Origin: Nitrospirota bacterium
Lineage (GTDB): Bacteria; Nitrospirota; UBA9217
Direction of reading: 5' to 3'
DNA: 64,000 nt
NCBI GenBank assembly: GCA_963740085.1
Contig: CAVUCU010000001.1
Location: forward strand, 32,001-96,000
Below, one piece after another: positions 29,370 to 38,799 of the stretch (position 1 is its first letter; each line of letters opens with the position of its first letter). The translations under genes and the position numbers were made by a program. The notes below the pieces were generated by a model. The model was not told the DNA's origin. It did not search any database and worked only from the letters and a program-made list of their open reading frames with translations.

Positions 29370-30043
29370 ACCCGCACCTGATCGTTTATGATCTGCCCGT
29401 CCTTGACGTTGATGATGCGCCTGCAGCGCGTTGCCACGGTCTGGTCATGGGTAACGATAATTACCGTGACGCCCTGCTCGTTGAGCCCGGTCAGTATTTT
29501 CAGGATGTCCTCTCCGGAGCGGCTGTCGAGATTGCCCGTTGGCTCGTCAGCGAGCAGAAGCGCCGGGTTGTTCACGAGGGCCCGCGCGATGGCAACACGC
29601 TGCTGCTGACCTCCGGAGAGCTCCGTCGGTTTATGTTGCATGCGATCGGCGAGGCCGACCTTTTCGAGCAAGGGAACGGCCCGCCCTTTGCGCAGACGCG
29701 CCGGAACGCCGCCGTAGATAAGCGGGACCTCAACGTTCTTGAGTGCGGAAAATCGAGCGAGCAGGTTGAAGGTCTGGAATACGAAACCGATCTTGACATT
29801 CCTGATCGACGCAAGCTCATCGTCCGTCATGGCGCTGATCTCCCGGTCCTCGAACCGGTACGAGCCGCTCGTAGGCCGGTCCAGGCATCCGATAATGTTC
29901 ATGATGGTGGATTTGCCGGAACCTGACGGTCCCATGATGGCGATAAGCTCCCCGCTCTGCACATTCAGGGAAACGCCGGAAAGCACGGTGAAGTCAACAT
30001 CTCCCATGCGGTAGGTCTTGGTTATGTCCTTGAGCTCGATCAT
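29366..30043 (-). CDS. ABC transporter ATP-binding protein (LolD/MacB type)
   Basis: GPSGSGKST, LSGGQQQRVAIARAL, LADEPTGNLD. Confidence 0.96.
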   Translation of the reverse strand: MIELKDITKTYRMGDVDFTVLSGVSLNVQSGELIAIMGPSGSGKSTIMNIIGCLDRPTSGSYRFEDREISAMTDDELASIRNVKIGFVFQTFNLLARFSALKNVEVPLIYGGVPARLRKGRAVPLLEKVGLADRMQHKPTELSGGQQQRVAIARALVNNPALLLADEPTGNLDSRSGEDILKILTGLNEQGVTVIIVTHDQTVATRCRRIINVKDGQIINDQVRV

Positions 30044-30046
30044 ATG

Positions 30047-30122
30047 GCGTGGATGCGTTGATGCGTCAATGCGTCGAAGCGTGAACGCGTCTATGCGTTA
30101 AAGCGTATATGTGTGAATGCGA
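30047..30122 (+). repeat. Ten-unit octamer array GCGT-NNNN
   Basis: GCGT at 30047, 30055, 30063, 30071, 30079, 30087, 30095 and 30103, then GTGT 30111 and GCGA 30119. Confidence 0.92.
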
Positions 30123-30536
30123 TTATGCGGCTTTGCCCTTGATATACTTGATGAAGTTCAGGTGTTTGCGCCGTATATGTTCGATATTTTCCATGATGTC
30201 TTGATCGTTCCTGTATTGTAAACGATTCGCAATAATTAGTTGCGTCTCAACTTCAGCCGGTGAGCCGAGACAGATATAGAGGTACTGTAAATATTCACGT
30301 TTCGAATTTCTTGCTGCTCCTTCTGCAATGTTCGAAGGAATGGATACGGCTGCCCTGCGAAGCTGCGATGTGAGCCCGAATTGTTCATCCTTCGGAAATC
30401 TTTCCGTTAATCTGTAGACCTTTTCGACTATGTCAAGCCCCATTTTCCATACATCCAAATCTTTATGCGTCACCAATCCATACCGCCATCTCCGCTTCTT
30501 CGCATCCACGCATACTCCACGCGTCTCACTCATCAA
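30123..30536 (-). CDS. Four helix bundle protein (23S rRNA IVP / TIGR02436 family)
   Basis: HKDLDVWK, FPKDEQFGLTSQLRRAAVSIPSNIAEG, GSPAEVETQL; true start probably near 30475. Confidence 0.93.
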   Translation of the reverse strand: MMSETRGVCVDAKKRRWRYGLVTHKDLDVWKMGLDIVEKVYRLTERFPKDEQFGLTSQLRRAAVSIPSNIAEGAARNSKREYLQYLYICLGSPAEVETQLIIANRLQYRNDQDIMENIEHIRRKHLNFIKYIKGKAA

Positions 30537-30539
30537 CAG

Positions 30540-31646
30540 CTACTCAATCCTCACCTTCGCCCCGTCCTTCAAGCCCTCTGCCTCCGGGGTGGTGATGACG
30601 AACTCTCCCGCGACAAGGCCCTTCGTCACCTGGGTGAAGCTCCAATTCGTCTCCCCTATCTCGACCGGTTTGAGCTTTGCGACGGCCTTTTCCCCCGACC
30701 TTATAGTGCTTCCAATCGCCACAAACACCTGTTTTTTCCCTTCCCGTTCGATGACCGCCTGCGACGGCACCGACAGCACGGAAGGGAGAGTGGAAACGAG
30801 TATCTCGACATCGGCGGACATTCCGGGTTTGATCTTGTGCTGCGGCTTGTCGAAATAGATCCAGACGTCCGCCGTGCGCGTTTCGAGCTTCCCGCCGCTC
30901 ACGATAGGCGAGATGCGCCTAATCTTTCCTTCAAATTTTTCTCCGGGAAATGCGTCGATCGAGATCGTCACCGGCTGGCCAATGCGAAGGCGGCCAACAT
31001 CCACTTCATCGATCGTCGCAAGGACGTATATTTTATCAGGATTGACGATCGTAACGATCTCTTTTCCCGGCAACAGGAGTTCGCCCACCTCGGTGGATTT
31101 TTTTGCGACCACGCCGTTAAAGGGCGCCCGTATGACCGAGTACTTTCGTTTCACTTCCGCATCGGCGACCGAGGCCTGGTACTGCGATCTAGCAACGTCA
31201 TAGGTCCTGCGGACCGCATCGAAATCCTGCTGAGAGATCATCCCCTTGTGGAACAGGTCTTCCGAACGCTTCAGGTTCTTTCCCGCCTCTTCATAGGTGG
31301 CCTTGCTCTGCGCCAGCGCGTTCTCGCTCTGGACCGACTCTTCGGTCAGATCAAGCCTTGCTATAAGCGCTCCGGCCTTGACGACGTCGCCCTCCTGCAC
31401 GGGGAGCTCTACCACTCTGCCCGTGCGCTGCGCGGAAAGCGTTACCTCGGTCTCGGATTTCACGGTGGACGTGGTCGTAGCGTTCACGATGACGCGAAGT
31501 TCACCCGGTTTGAGCTCAATGACCTTGACCGATACCGGTTTCTTCCCGGCCAGGACAATTATTACGATGATGAGAACCGCCGCCAGTACGGAAATCCATA
31601 CCAGTTTGCTTTTTACCACCTTGGCCATGGTCAACACGGTATCCAT
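30540..31646 (-). CDS. Efflux periplasmic adaptor subunit (MacA-like)
   Basis: N-terminal TM; GRVVELPVQEGDVVKAG; IRAPFNGVV; IKPGMSADV. Confidence 0.93.
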   Translation of the reverse strand: MDTVLTMAKVVKSKLVWISVLAAVLIIVIIVLAGKKPVSVKVIELKPGELRVIVNATTTSTVKSETEVTLSAQRTGRVVELPVQEGDVVKAGALIARLDLTEESVQSENALAQSKATYEEAGKNLKRSEDLFHKGMISQQDFDAVRRTYDVARSQYQASVADAEVKRKYSVIRAPFNGVVAKKSTEVGELLLPGKEIVTIVNPDKIYVLATIDEVDVGRLRIGQPVTISIDAFPGEKFEGKIRRISPIVSGGKLETRTADVWIYFDKPQHKIKPGMSADVEILVSTLPSVLSVPSQAVIEREGKKQVFVAIGSTIRSGEKAVAKLKPVEIGETNWSFTQVTKGLVAGEFVITTPEAEGLKDGAKVRIE

Positions 31647-31854
31647 CCTTTTTAGAAGAGCGAAGGTCAGTTGATAATATCTTTATGAGTCACAGGAGTT
31701 GAATACTGCTGACCGGAGATCTCCGGTCTTTCAGGTCTTCACTCAGGCCTTCACCTTGTGCACCCGGTGACTATGCCGCAAATAGAGGCTTCTTATGTAT
31801 TTATCAGAATTGAAAAATACTGCTTATTCAGGGCTTGATCCGCCGTTATCCGTT

Positions 31855-32322
31855 TCAATGACCTTTACCCGGCTCTTCTTCATTTTGCGCATTGTACTCA
31901 AGACGTTCTTTGATGCCCTTCATAAAACCACGGGTCAATTCGCCGAGCTTTTCGGAAACGACCATGTCTTGAAGAAAAGAAAACTTGTCGGTCACGTGCC
32001 CCTCAAGTTGGTAGTCGATCTCCGTTTCATGGTCGGAGATCTTCCTGAACGTAACGATCCCCGAGGTGATCAGGTGTTCATGCTTGGCAATCCATGCAAT
32101 CCGCTCGTGGTGGACCATCTCGGTCGTGTGCGCGTTCATCACGAAGGTGCGGGAGAAAGGCCCGAGCGACATCTTGACCGTCCAGATGGAGTCCACATCG
32201 TTCAGGATCTCCACGCCCTTGCACCCCGGGAATAGACAGCCGACCTCCTTCCGGTCCGACATGAACGACCATACGCTTTCGATCGGCATCTTCACGGTAA
32301 AGGTAATTTCTCTCTTTGGCAT
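31855..32322 (-). CDS. SRPBCC/CoxG (START-like) ligand-binding protein
   Basis: PIESVWSFMSD...CLFPGC; C-terminal helix; GGGGAG RBS. Confidence 0.8.
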   Translation of the reverse strand: MPKREITFTVKMPIESVWSFMSDRKEVGCLFPGCKGVEILNDVDSIWTVKMSLGPFSRTFVMNAHTTEMVHHERIAWIAKHEHLITSGIVTFRKISDHETEIDYQLEGHVTDKFSFLQDMVVSEKLGELTRGFMKGIKERLEYNAQNEEEPGKGH

Positions 32323-32341
32323 AGTCTCTCCCCCTGCTTCT

Positions 32342-32390
32342 GATGGACGATTGATGACCGTTCGCTTCGCTCACTATGACGATGGACGAT
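32342..32390 (+). repeat. Dispersed repeat copy 1 (GATGGAC heptamers + GACCGTTCGCTTCGCTCAC core)
   Basis: Matches 57068-57117 and the reverse complement of 43941-43981. Confidence 0.75.
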
Positions 32391-32435
32391 TAAAACCCTT
32401 CATCCCGCATTCCACGTCCCTCGCCTCTCGTCACT

Positions 32436-33710
32436 TCACTCGAGCCGTCCCATTGCCTTGAAGAACCGCGCAGCAGCAAGCTGGTAATCGTAAAGCGCCT
32501 GAACGTGATCGGTCTCGGCATTGACCGACGCAACCTGCGCATCCGTCACTTCGATATAAGGTCCCACACCGGCTTCGTATCTGCCCTGGGCCAGTTCCAG
32601 ACTTTCCCCGGCCTTCTTCTTTGACGACTCCGTCATTGCAATGCGGGCCGACGCGCTCTCGATGTCCGCGTTCGCCTGATTCAGTTCAATAATGATGGAT
32701 TGTCGGATCAAATATCCCTGCGCTTCAAGAACGTGCAGATTTGCCCGCGCCTCGCTGACCTTCCCTCCGGTGACCCCTCCTTCGAACAGGGGCATTGTCA
32801 GTATTACCCCCGCGTTCCAGCTGTTCTGGATGTCCCCTTTGAAGGGCCCCATTTCCTGTGTCCCGCTCGCCCAGTTGTATGCGCCATTCGCCGACAATGT
32901 CGGAAAATAATTCGATTGTTCGGCTTTGACCCTGGCCTTTGCAGCATCCTTGTCCGCTTCATTCTTGAGCATCTCCGGACGGAAATTGAGCGCTTCTGCC
33001 AGTGCCTGCTCTAACGTCGGGATCGTCACCATTGTGGAGAGGATGTCCTCGATGTCAATGTCTCGTTTCGGATCAATGCCCATCGTGTTGTACAGCGTCA
33101 GGGTGCGGATCCTCACACTATTCCGGGCATTGATCAACCCGAGTTGTGCGCTATTCACTTCCACTTCAGCACGCGTAACATCGAACTTCGGCCTGGACCC
33201 GGCCTTGAAAAAGGCCTCGGCCTGCCGGAGGTGGCTTTCCGCTTGTTCAAGCGTTTTCTGAGATACGATCACGAGCATCTTTGCCTGGAGCAGGGCAAAA
33301 TACGCCTGTTTCACATTCAGCACCGACTCCTGAATGACGCGCTGCTCATCCAACTCCTCCGAGCGCGCCCCCGAGCGCGCCGCATCGAGCGCATTGCCGG
33401 ACCTTCCAAAATCATAGATCACCTGATTGACGGACATCGTCGTGGTATAGCTTTTCCCAACGCTGTCGCCGAAAGCGCCGCCCAATGAATGGTTCTCGGA
33501 ATAACCGGTGCTTGCGTTGACCTGCGGCAGGTAGGGCGATCTGGCCTGTGTCACGCGTCCCTGGCCGGCATTCACGCTTTCCCGCGCAGCCCTGATCGCG
33601 GGCTGGTTCTTCAAGGCCAGTTCGACGCATTCGCGAAGGGTGAGGCTCTCTGCCGCATTCGCGGAAGAGAAAAGGACCGCAGTCGATATCAAGATGGTCA
33701 ATATTCGCAT
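32436..33710 (-). CDS. TolC family outer-membrane efflux protein
   Basis: LTLRECVELALKNQP; YDFG; PLFEGG; RYEAGVG. Confidence 0.93.
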   Translation of the reverse strand: MRILTILISTAVLFSSANAAESLTLRECVELALKNQPAIRAARESVNAGQGRVTQARSPYLPQVNASTGYSENHSLGGAFGDSVGKSYTTTMSVNQVIYDFGRSGNALDAARSGARSEELDEQRVIQESVLNVKQAYFALLQAKMLVIVSQKTLEQAESHLRQAEAFFKAGSRPKFDVTRAEVEVNSAQLGLINARNSVRIRTLTLYNTMGIDPKRDIDIEDILSTMVTIPTLEQALAEALNFRPEMLKNEADKDAAKARVKAEQSNYFPTLSANGAYNWASGTQEMGPFKGDIQNSWNAGVILTMPLFEGGVTGGKVSEARANLHVLEAQGYLIRQSIIIELNQANADIESASARIAMTESSKKKAGESLELAQGRYEAGVGPYIEVTDAQVASVNAETDHVQALYDYQLAAARFFKAMGRLE

Positions 33711-33750
33711 ATTACCCGTTCAATCTGGTTCGTCCTTTTATCTGAAACGC

Positions 33751-33779
33751 TTGCAATTCAGAGTGGGGTATTGTATAAG
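33751..33779 (+). promoter_or_regulatory. Promoter of the PAP2 gene (leaderless arrangement)
   Basis: TTGCAA-17 nt-TATAAG, ATG 5 nt downstream. Confidence 0.55.
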
Positions 33780-33784
33780 TTCTT

Positions 33785-34669
33785 ATGCGGACGCTTCTCA
33801 CACCGATCGACCGCCTCACGTTATGCATGCTTGCGCTGCTTTTGGCGGTCATGCTGCTCTTCGTCCCAACAATGCATGCCTGGCAACGGCCCGGGTTAAC
33901 CTATCTGCTGCTCGCTCTCGTTATCGTCGCACTCGCCGTGCTGGACCGTAAAGCAGGCACGTGGAAGATACTCTCTTCGATCCGCGTCTTTGCTCCCATT
34001 GTTTTCATTCCGATCATCTTTAACAGCCTCGGCGGCCTTATTGCCGGCATCGGTCCCCGGCAATACGATAACGTCCTCATCCGGATCGACTACGCGCTCT
34101 TCGGCGGTCATCCGACCGTATGGATGGAACAATTCAATGATGTCCTGCTCACCGGACTGCTCCAGACCGCCTATATCAGTTATTATTTCATGCCCATCTC
34201 TCTTGCCCTCGTGCTCTTCTTCAGAAAAAACAGGGACTCATTTGACAGCGCGGTCTTTGCTATTCTCCTCTGTTTTTATCTTTCTTACGTCGGGTACCTG
34301 CTCGTACCTGCCGTGGGCCCGCGGTTCACGCTCAGCCACCTCCAGACAGCCGACCTCCCGGCAGGTCCGGTTACCTTGTGGATCCGGCAGACCCTCGACG
34401 GGCTCGAGCACAACAAGACCGACGCCTTCCCGAGCGGTCATACCGCGGTAGCGCTCGTCACACTCGTGTATTCCTGGAAATCCCGCGAGAAGGTGCTGTT
34501 CCTGATATTGACTCCGGCAGTAGCGGCATTGATCGTCTCGACGGTGTATCTCAGATATCACTACGTCGTCGATGTCATCGCCGGCGTTCTGCTTGCCGCA
34601 CTGACCGTCCTGATCGCTCCGGGAGCATACCGGATTTTCTCCGGGTCATCCGACCATCCTCAAAGCTAA
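33785..34669 (+). CDS. PAP2 family membrane phosphotransferase (Aur1/IPC-synthase-like)
   Basis: YLLVPAVGPR, DAFPSGHTA, STVYLRYHYVVDVIAG; multiple TMs. Confidence 0.88.
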   Translation: MRTLLTPIDRLTLCMLALLLAVMLLFVPTMHAWQRPGLTYLLLALVIVALAVLDRKAGTWKILSSIRVFAPIVFIPIIFNSLGGLIAGIGPRQYDNVLIRIDYALFGGHPTVWMEQFNDVLLTGLLQTAYISYYFMPISLALVLFFRKNRDSFDSAVFAILLCFYLSYVGYLLVPAVGPRFTLSHLQTADLPAGPVTLWIRQTLDGLEHNKTDAFPSGHTAVALVTLVYSWKSREKVLFLILTPAVAALIVSTVYLRYHYVVDVIAGVLLAALTVLIAPGAYRIFSGSSDHPQS

Positions 34670-35230
34670 TTCCATTATTCCGCCGGACACGAGCGGGATC
34701 AGGAGATTATCGTTCACCGGGAGCGTAAGAAGCTCAACGCCTGCGGCCACAAGAACGCCGAGGGCCATCACCCCGATGGGAAGATGGACCCCTAACAACG
34801 AAAGCAGGAACCCTGACACTGCCGCGGCAACAATAAAAGCAAGGGTCCCTTCCAGGCTCTTGTCACCGATCTTTGTTCTGCCGTAGCGTTCACCGACGGC
34901 CGTAGCAGCTACATCGCCGAATGCGAGAAAACAGATCGCAGCGGACGCAACGGGCAACGAATACGCGTAGAGCGACATCCCGATTCCGAGAACATAGGGC
35001 GGTGTACCGGTGAGCCTGTGCTCTTCATTCTTGCGGATGAAGCTCCCGAACCGGGTGAATACAAAGCGGTTCCATGCCGGAATCGCGAGCCGGGCAACGT
35101 CAATGACAAGGACAAGCATGAAAAGTACAGCGTAGAATAACAGCGCCTGTTTCCTGCCGAGGATATAATAGACGGACAGGAGCCCCGCACCTCCGGCCAG
35201 GTGATATAATTTACGGCCGATTTGTTTCAC
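34646..35230 (-). CDS. CTP-dependent lipid kinase (dolichol/phytol/DAG kinase Dgk1-like)
   Basis: RKLYH, FGDVAATAVG..YGR, KSLEGTLAF, DNLLIP. Confidence 0.85.
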   Translation of the reverse strand: MKQIGRKLYHLAGGAGLLSVYYILGRKQALLFYAVLFMLVLVIDVARLAIPAWNRFVFTRFGSFIRKNEEHRLTGTPPYVLGIGMSLYAYSLPVASAAICFLAFGDVAATAVGERYGRTKIGDKSLEGTLAFIVAAAVSGFLLSLLGVHLPIGVMALGVLVAAGVELLTLPVNDNLLIPLVSGGIMELALRMVG

Positions 35231-36341
35231 GATATTCTTTTCTCATAGATCCTGTATTTTTTGTACAGCTTTCCGCCCATGAATTCACATCCTTTTTGCA
35301 TCAGGGTGTTGTCTTCCAGGACCCATGACATCTCGGCCCGCTTATAGCCTTTGCTCATGGCGGCTTTGAACGACTCGAGATACAGGAGTCCTTCAAGCCC
35401 TTTTTTCCGGTACTCTTCCTTTACGCCCATGGTAAGAACGCGGATATCCGATATCGTCCTCGAGTACCAGAGGAATTTTATCATCTCAAGCGGGCCGAGC
35501 CTGCCGTTCATCCTGCTGAAGACCTGGTTATAGTCGGGCACAGCCATATAGAACGCGGCCGGCCTTCCATCCACCTCCACCATGATGAGCAGCTCCGGCA
35601 CGATAAGCGGTTTGAGCCTCTTTGCCATGGATTCGATCTCTTCATCGGTCATCGGCACGAAACCCCAGTTATGGCTCCATGCGGAATTATAGATGTCCTT
35701 GACCGCTTCCAGTTCCCTTCTGAAATTCTTCATATCGGCCGGACGGACCACGAGACCCGGGATCCTCTCCTTGATCGCGGTCGCCAGGCGTTCAAGCCTT
35801 TTTCCGGTGGATACGTCGGCGATCACCGATATATATGCATAGAGGTCTTTCGCCTTGACCAGGCCGCACTGTTCCATGTACTCGAGGTAATATGCCGGCG
35901 TGTAGGTCATCATGATCATGGGGGGAGAATCGAAGCCTTCGAGGAGAAAACCGCATTCATCGTTCGACGAAGGGTTCATGGGCCCTCGCATGATCTCGAT
36001 ATCGCGTTCTCTGAGCCAGCCCGCTGCCGCATCCAGAAGTCATGCGCAATGATTGGATCGGGAAGGCATTCGAAAAAGCCGAAAAAGCCCGCTTGTTCAT
36101 TCTGGAAGTTGATGTGGTTGCGGTCGAGGATCGCCGCCACTCTTCCCACGACTTCTCCGTTCCTGCGGGCAATAAAATATGCGGCTTCGGCATGTTTGAA
36201 AAAAGGGTTCTTTTCGCTGAGGATGAATCTCACCTCGCTCAAAAGAGGCGGGACCCAGTGCGGGTCTCCCTGATACACCTTCCAGGGAAAGCGGATGAAT
36301 TCGTCCAGCTCCTTTTTGTTTGAGATTTGTTCGATTTTCAT
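35227..36341 (-). CDS. GNAT family N-acyltransferase (YghO/bacterial ceramide synthase-like), one frameshift near 36040
   Basis: DPHWVPPL, GFFGFFEC joined to RGPMNPSSNDECG, WSHNWGFVP, PDYNQ, EMSWVLEDN. Confidence 0.8.
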
Positions 36342-36473
36342 GGGGCATTCCTGTAAAGATAACTTACCGGATCGCGAGCAAGCGCCAATAACCAAACACC
36401 GGATTTCAAGCGTTTGGTCATGGTAATTGGCTGAAGTGAGTTTGGGAGTTAGTGTTCTTCCCTGGAATTTGTC

Positions 36474-37660
36474 TTATGATATGACTCCGAGCTTCTTTCC
36501 TGCCTTTTCGAGTATGTCCAGCACCCGGTCGAGCATCTCATCGGTATGGGTTGCCATGTAGCTCGTGCGGATCAGGCATCTGCCGGGCTGTCGTTGCCGG
36601 GGGGACCACGGGGTTCACGAACACCCCGTCTTCGTACAGGGTCTTCCACATCATGAACGTCCGCTCCATGTCTCCCATGACGAGCGGTATGATGGGTGTT
36701 TCGGCAGACCCCGGTGTCGAAGCCCATCTGCTTGAAGGCCTTCATCATCTTGTTCGTATTGTGCCAGAGCCGTTCCCTGCGTTCCGGTTCCCGGTCGATG
36801 ATATCAAGCGCCGCGATGACCGCCGCCACCGAGGCCGGCGGAGGGCTTGCGGAAAAGATGAGGGGCCGCGAGGTGTGCTTCATGTAGTGGATCACCTCTT
36901 CGCTCGCCGCGACGAAGCCGCCGATGGAGGCCAGTGACTTGCTGTAGGTGCCCATGATGATGTCGACTTCCTTCTCCAGTCCGAAATGCTCCGCCGTGCC
37001 GCGTCCGGTCTTGCCGAGCACCCCGATGCCGTGCGCATCGTCCACCATGAGCCGGGCCCCGTACTTCTTGCAGAGCTTTGACGATGTCGGGAAGCGGCGC
37101 GATATCCCCTTCCATGCTGTAGACGCCGTCCACGACCACGAGTTTGCCGCGGTTCCCGCATTCCTTGAGAACGTACTCAAGGCTGCCCATGTCGTTGTGC
37201 TTGAATTTTTTGACATCGGCATAGGACAGCCGGCATGCATCGATGATGCTGGCGTGGTCAAGCTTGTCGATCACGACCACATCGTGCTTGCCGGCAGGAG
37301 GGAAGAGATGATCCCGAGGTTGGTTTGATAGCCCGTGGAAAAGGTGAGTGCCGCCTCCTTGCTGAAAAACGAGGCAAGCTTCTCCTCGAGTTTCACATGG
37401 ATATCGAGGGTGCCGTTCAGGAAGCGGGAACCGGCGCAGCCGCTGCCATATTTTTTGACGGCCTCGATGGCCGCTTCCTTCACTTTCGGATGGCTGGTAA
37501 GCCCGAGGTAATTGTTCGACCCGAGCATGATCATCTTCCTGCCCTCGACGATCACCTCGGGGTTCTGTTCAGATTCCACGACATGAAAATAGGGATAGAG
37601 CCCGGCGGCCATGACCTCTTTTGCGGTCGTGTATTTCCGGCATTTTTCAAAAAGATCCAA
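36474..37660 (-). CDS. spt: Serine palmitoyltransferase-like alpha-oxoamine synthase, about four frameshifts
   Basis: [70 protein letters not shown] across shifting frames (shifts near 37300, 37077, 36705, 36590). Confidence 0.8.
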
Positions 37661-37702
37661 AGCTCTTTCCTCAATGTTCTTTGTTGAATATCCGTTCCTC
37701 CG

Positions 37703-38703
37703 CTATAGCCATTTGTTTTTTCTGTACCATTTCCATGTGAGTCTCCAGTCCTTTCTGCAAGGGGATACTGCGCTCGGAAGCCGAGGTCGTTCTCGATCAT
37801 GCTGACGTCGCACAGCCAGTATCTTTGTGAAGCCTCCCGCACCTTCTGCCTGTTCATGAGCGCGGGCCTTCAGGTGAACAGGCTTGCCACTTCGGACGCA
37901 AGGCCGATCAGGTAGGCCGCCCCGTAAGGTAGTTTGAGCGTTGCGAGCCTTTACTCCCCCCGTGGAGAGCAGAGCCCGCCTGAATTCAGACCATGAATAG
38001 CTCCTGTTCTCCGCAACAAAATAAATGCTCCCGTTCGGCGTCTTCTTTTCCGCTGCGAGAAGCGCGCTGCTGCCAGGTCTTCGACGTAGCAGAGATTGAA
38101 ATACCGCTCCCCTCCCCTGATCTCAAGCGTCAACCCGCGGGCTGCCCAGCGGAAGAGTTCGTACATGTCCGCGTCTCTGGGTCCGTACACCGCCGAAGGA
38201 CGGAGGATAACAACGGGCAATTCGTTTTTATACCTGAGCGCTTCTTCTTCGGCAAGAAGCTTGCTTCTGCCGTAGTCAGAGACTGGTCCCGGGACATCGG
38301 TTTCCTTCACCGGCCTGCCGTCCCGACTCGGACCGGCGGCGGCATGGCTGGAGACCAGTACGAATTTCTCGATTCCCGGATTATGACGAGCGCATGCTTC
38401 CAGGATATTTCTCGTGCCCAGGTGGTTGACCCGGTAATAGTCCCGGGCATGAATCGCCTTCGTAAGCCCGGCAAGGTGAAATACGATCGATGCACCTCGT
38501 ACCGCAGGCACGAGCGATCCGGGCTGTGAACAATCACCCTGCACGAGATCGACGTCCATTCCCCCGAGCCAGCGGAGCCGTTCAGGGTCTCGCACCAGAC
38601 AGGTGACGGCGTGGCCCTTCCGGAGGAGCAGTTCAACGAGGTGGCTTCCAACAAGACCCGTGCCGCCGGTTACCAGTACTCTTGTTAAGCCTTTCTGCTC
38701 CAT
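37703..38703 (-). CDS. NAD-dependent epimerase/dehydratase (extended SDR; candidate keto-ceramide reductase), disrupted 3' third
   Basis: TGGTGLVG, HLAGLTKA, YGRSK, RPSAVYGPRD; C-terminus TWKWYRKNKWL reached through several shifts and an in-frame TGA at 37870-37872. Confidence 0.75.
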
Positions 38704-38799
38704 CGTCTCCGCATGCAGCATAACAAATTTTTGTGTGGCAGTTTAACCAAATTATATTGTATTGTCAAGACATTCGGGCGTTGAAAGGCGCGTTCCCGT

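Noticed and set aside
30047-30122. CRISPR-like array (constant and variable alternation)
   Set aside because: The period is only 8 nt and there are no cas genes; no CRISPR array was seen in the window.
30123-30536. Diversity-generating retroelement (Avd-like gene)
   Set aside because: No reverse transcriptase and no TR/VR pair with adenine-specific mismatches is visible in the window.
36474-37660. Programmed frameshifting in spt
   Set aside because: Four shifts without slippery heptamers, with neighbouring genes also affected, point to error or decay.
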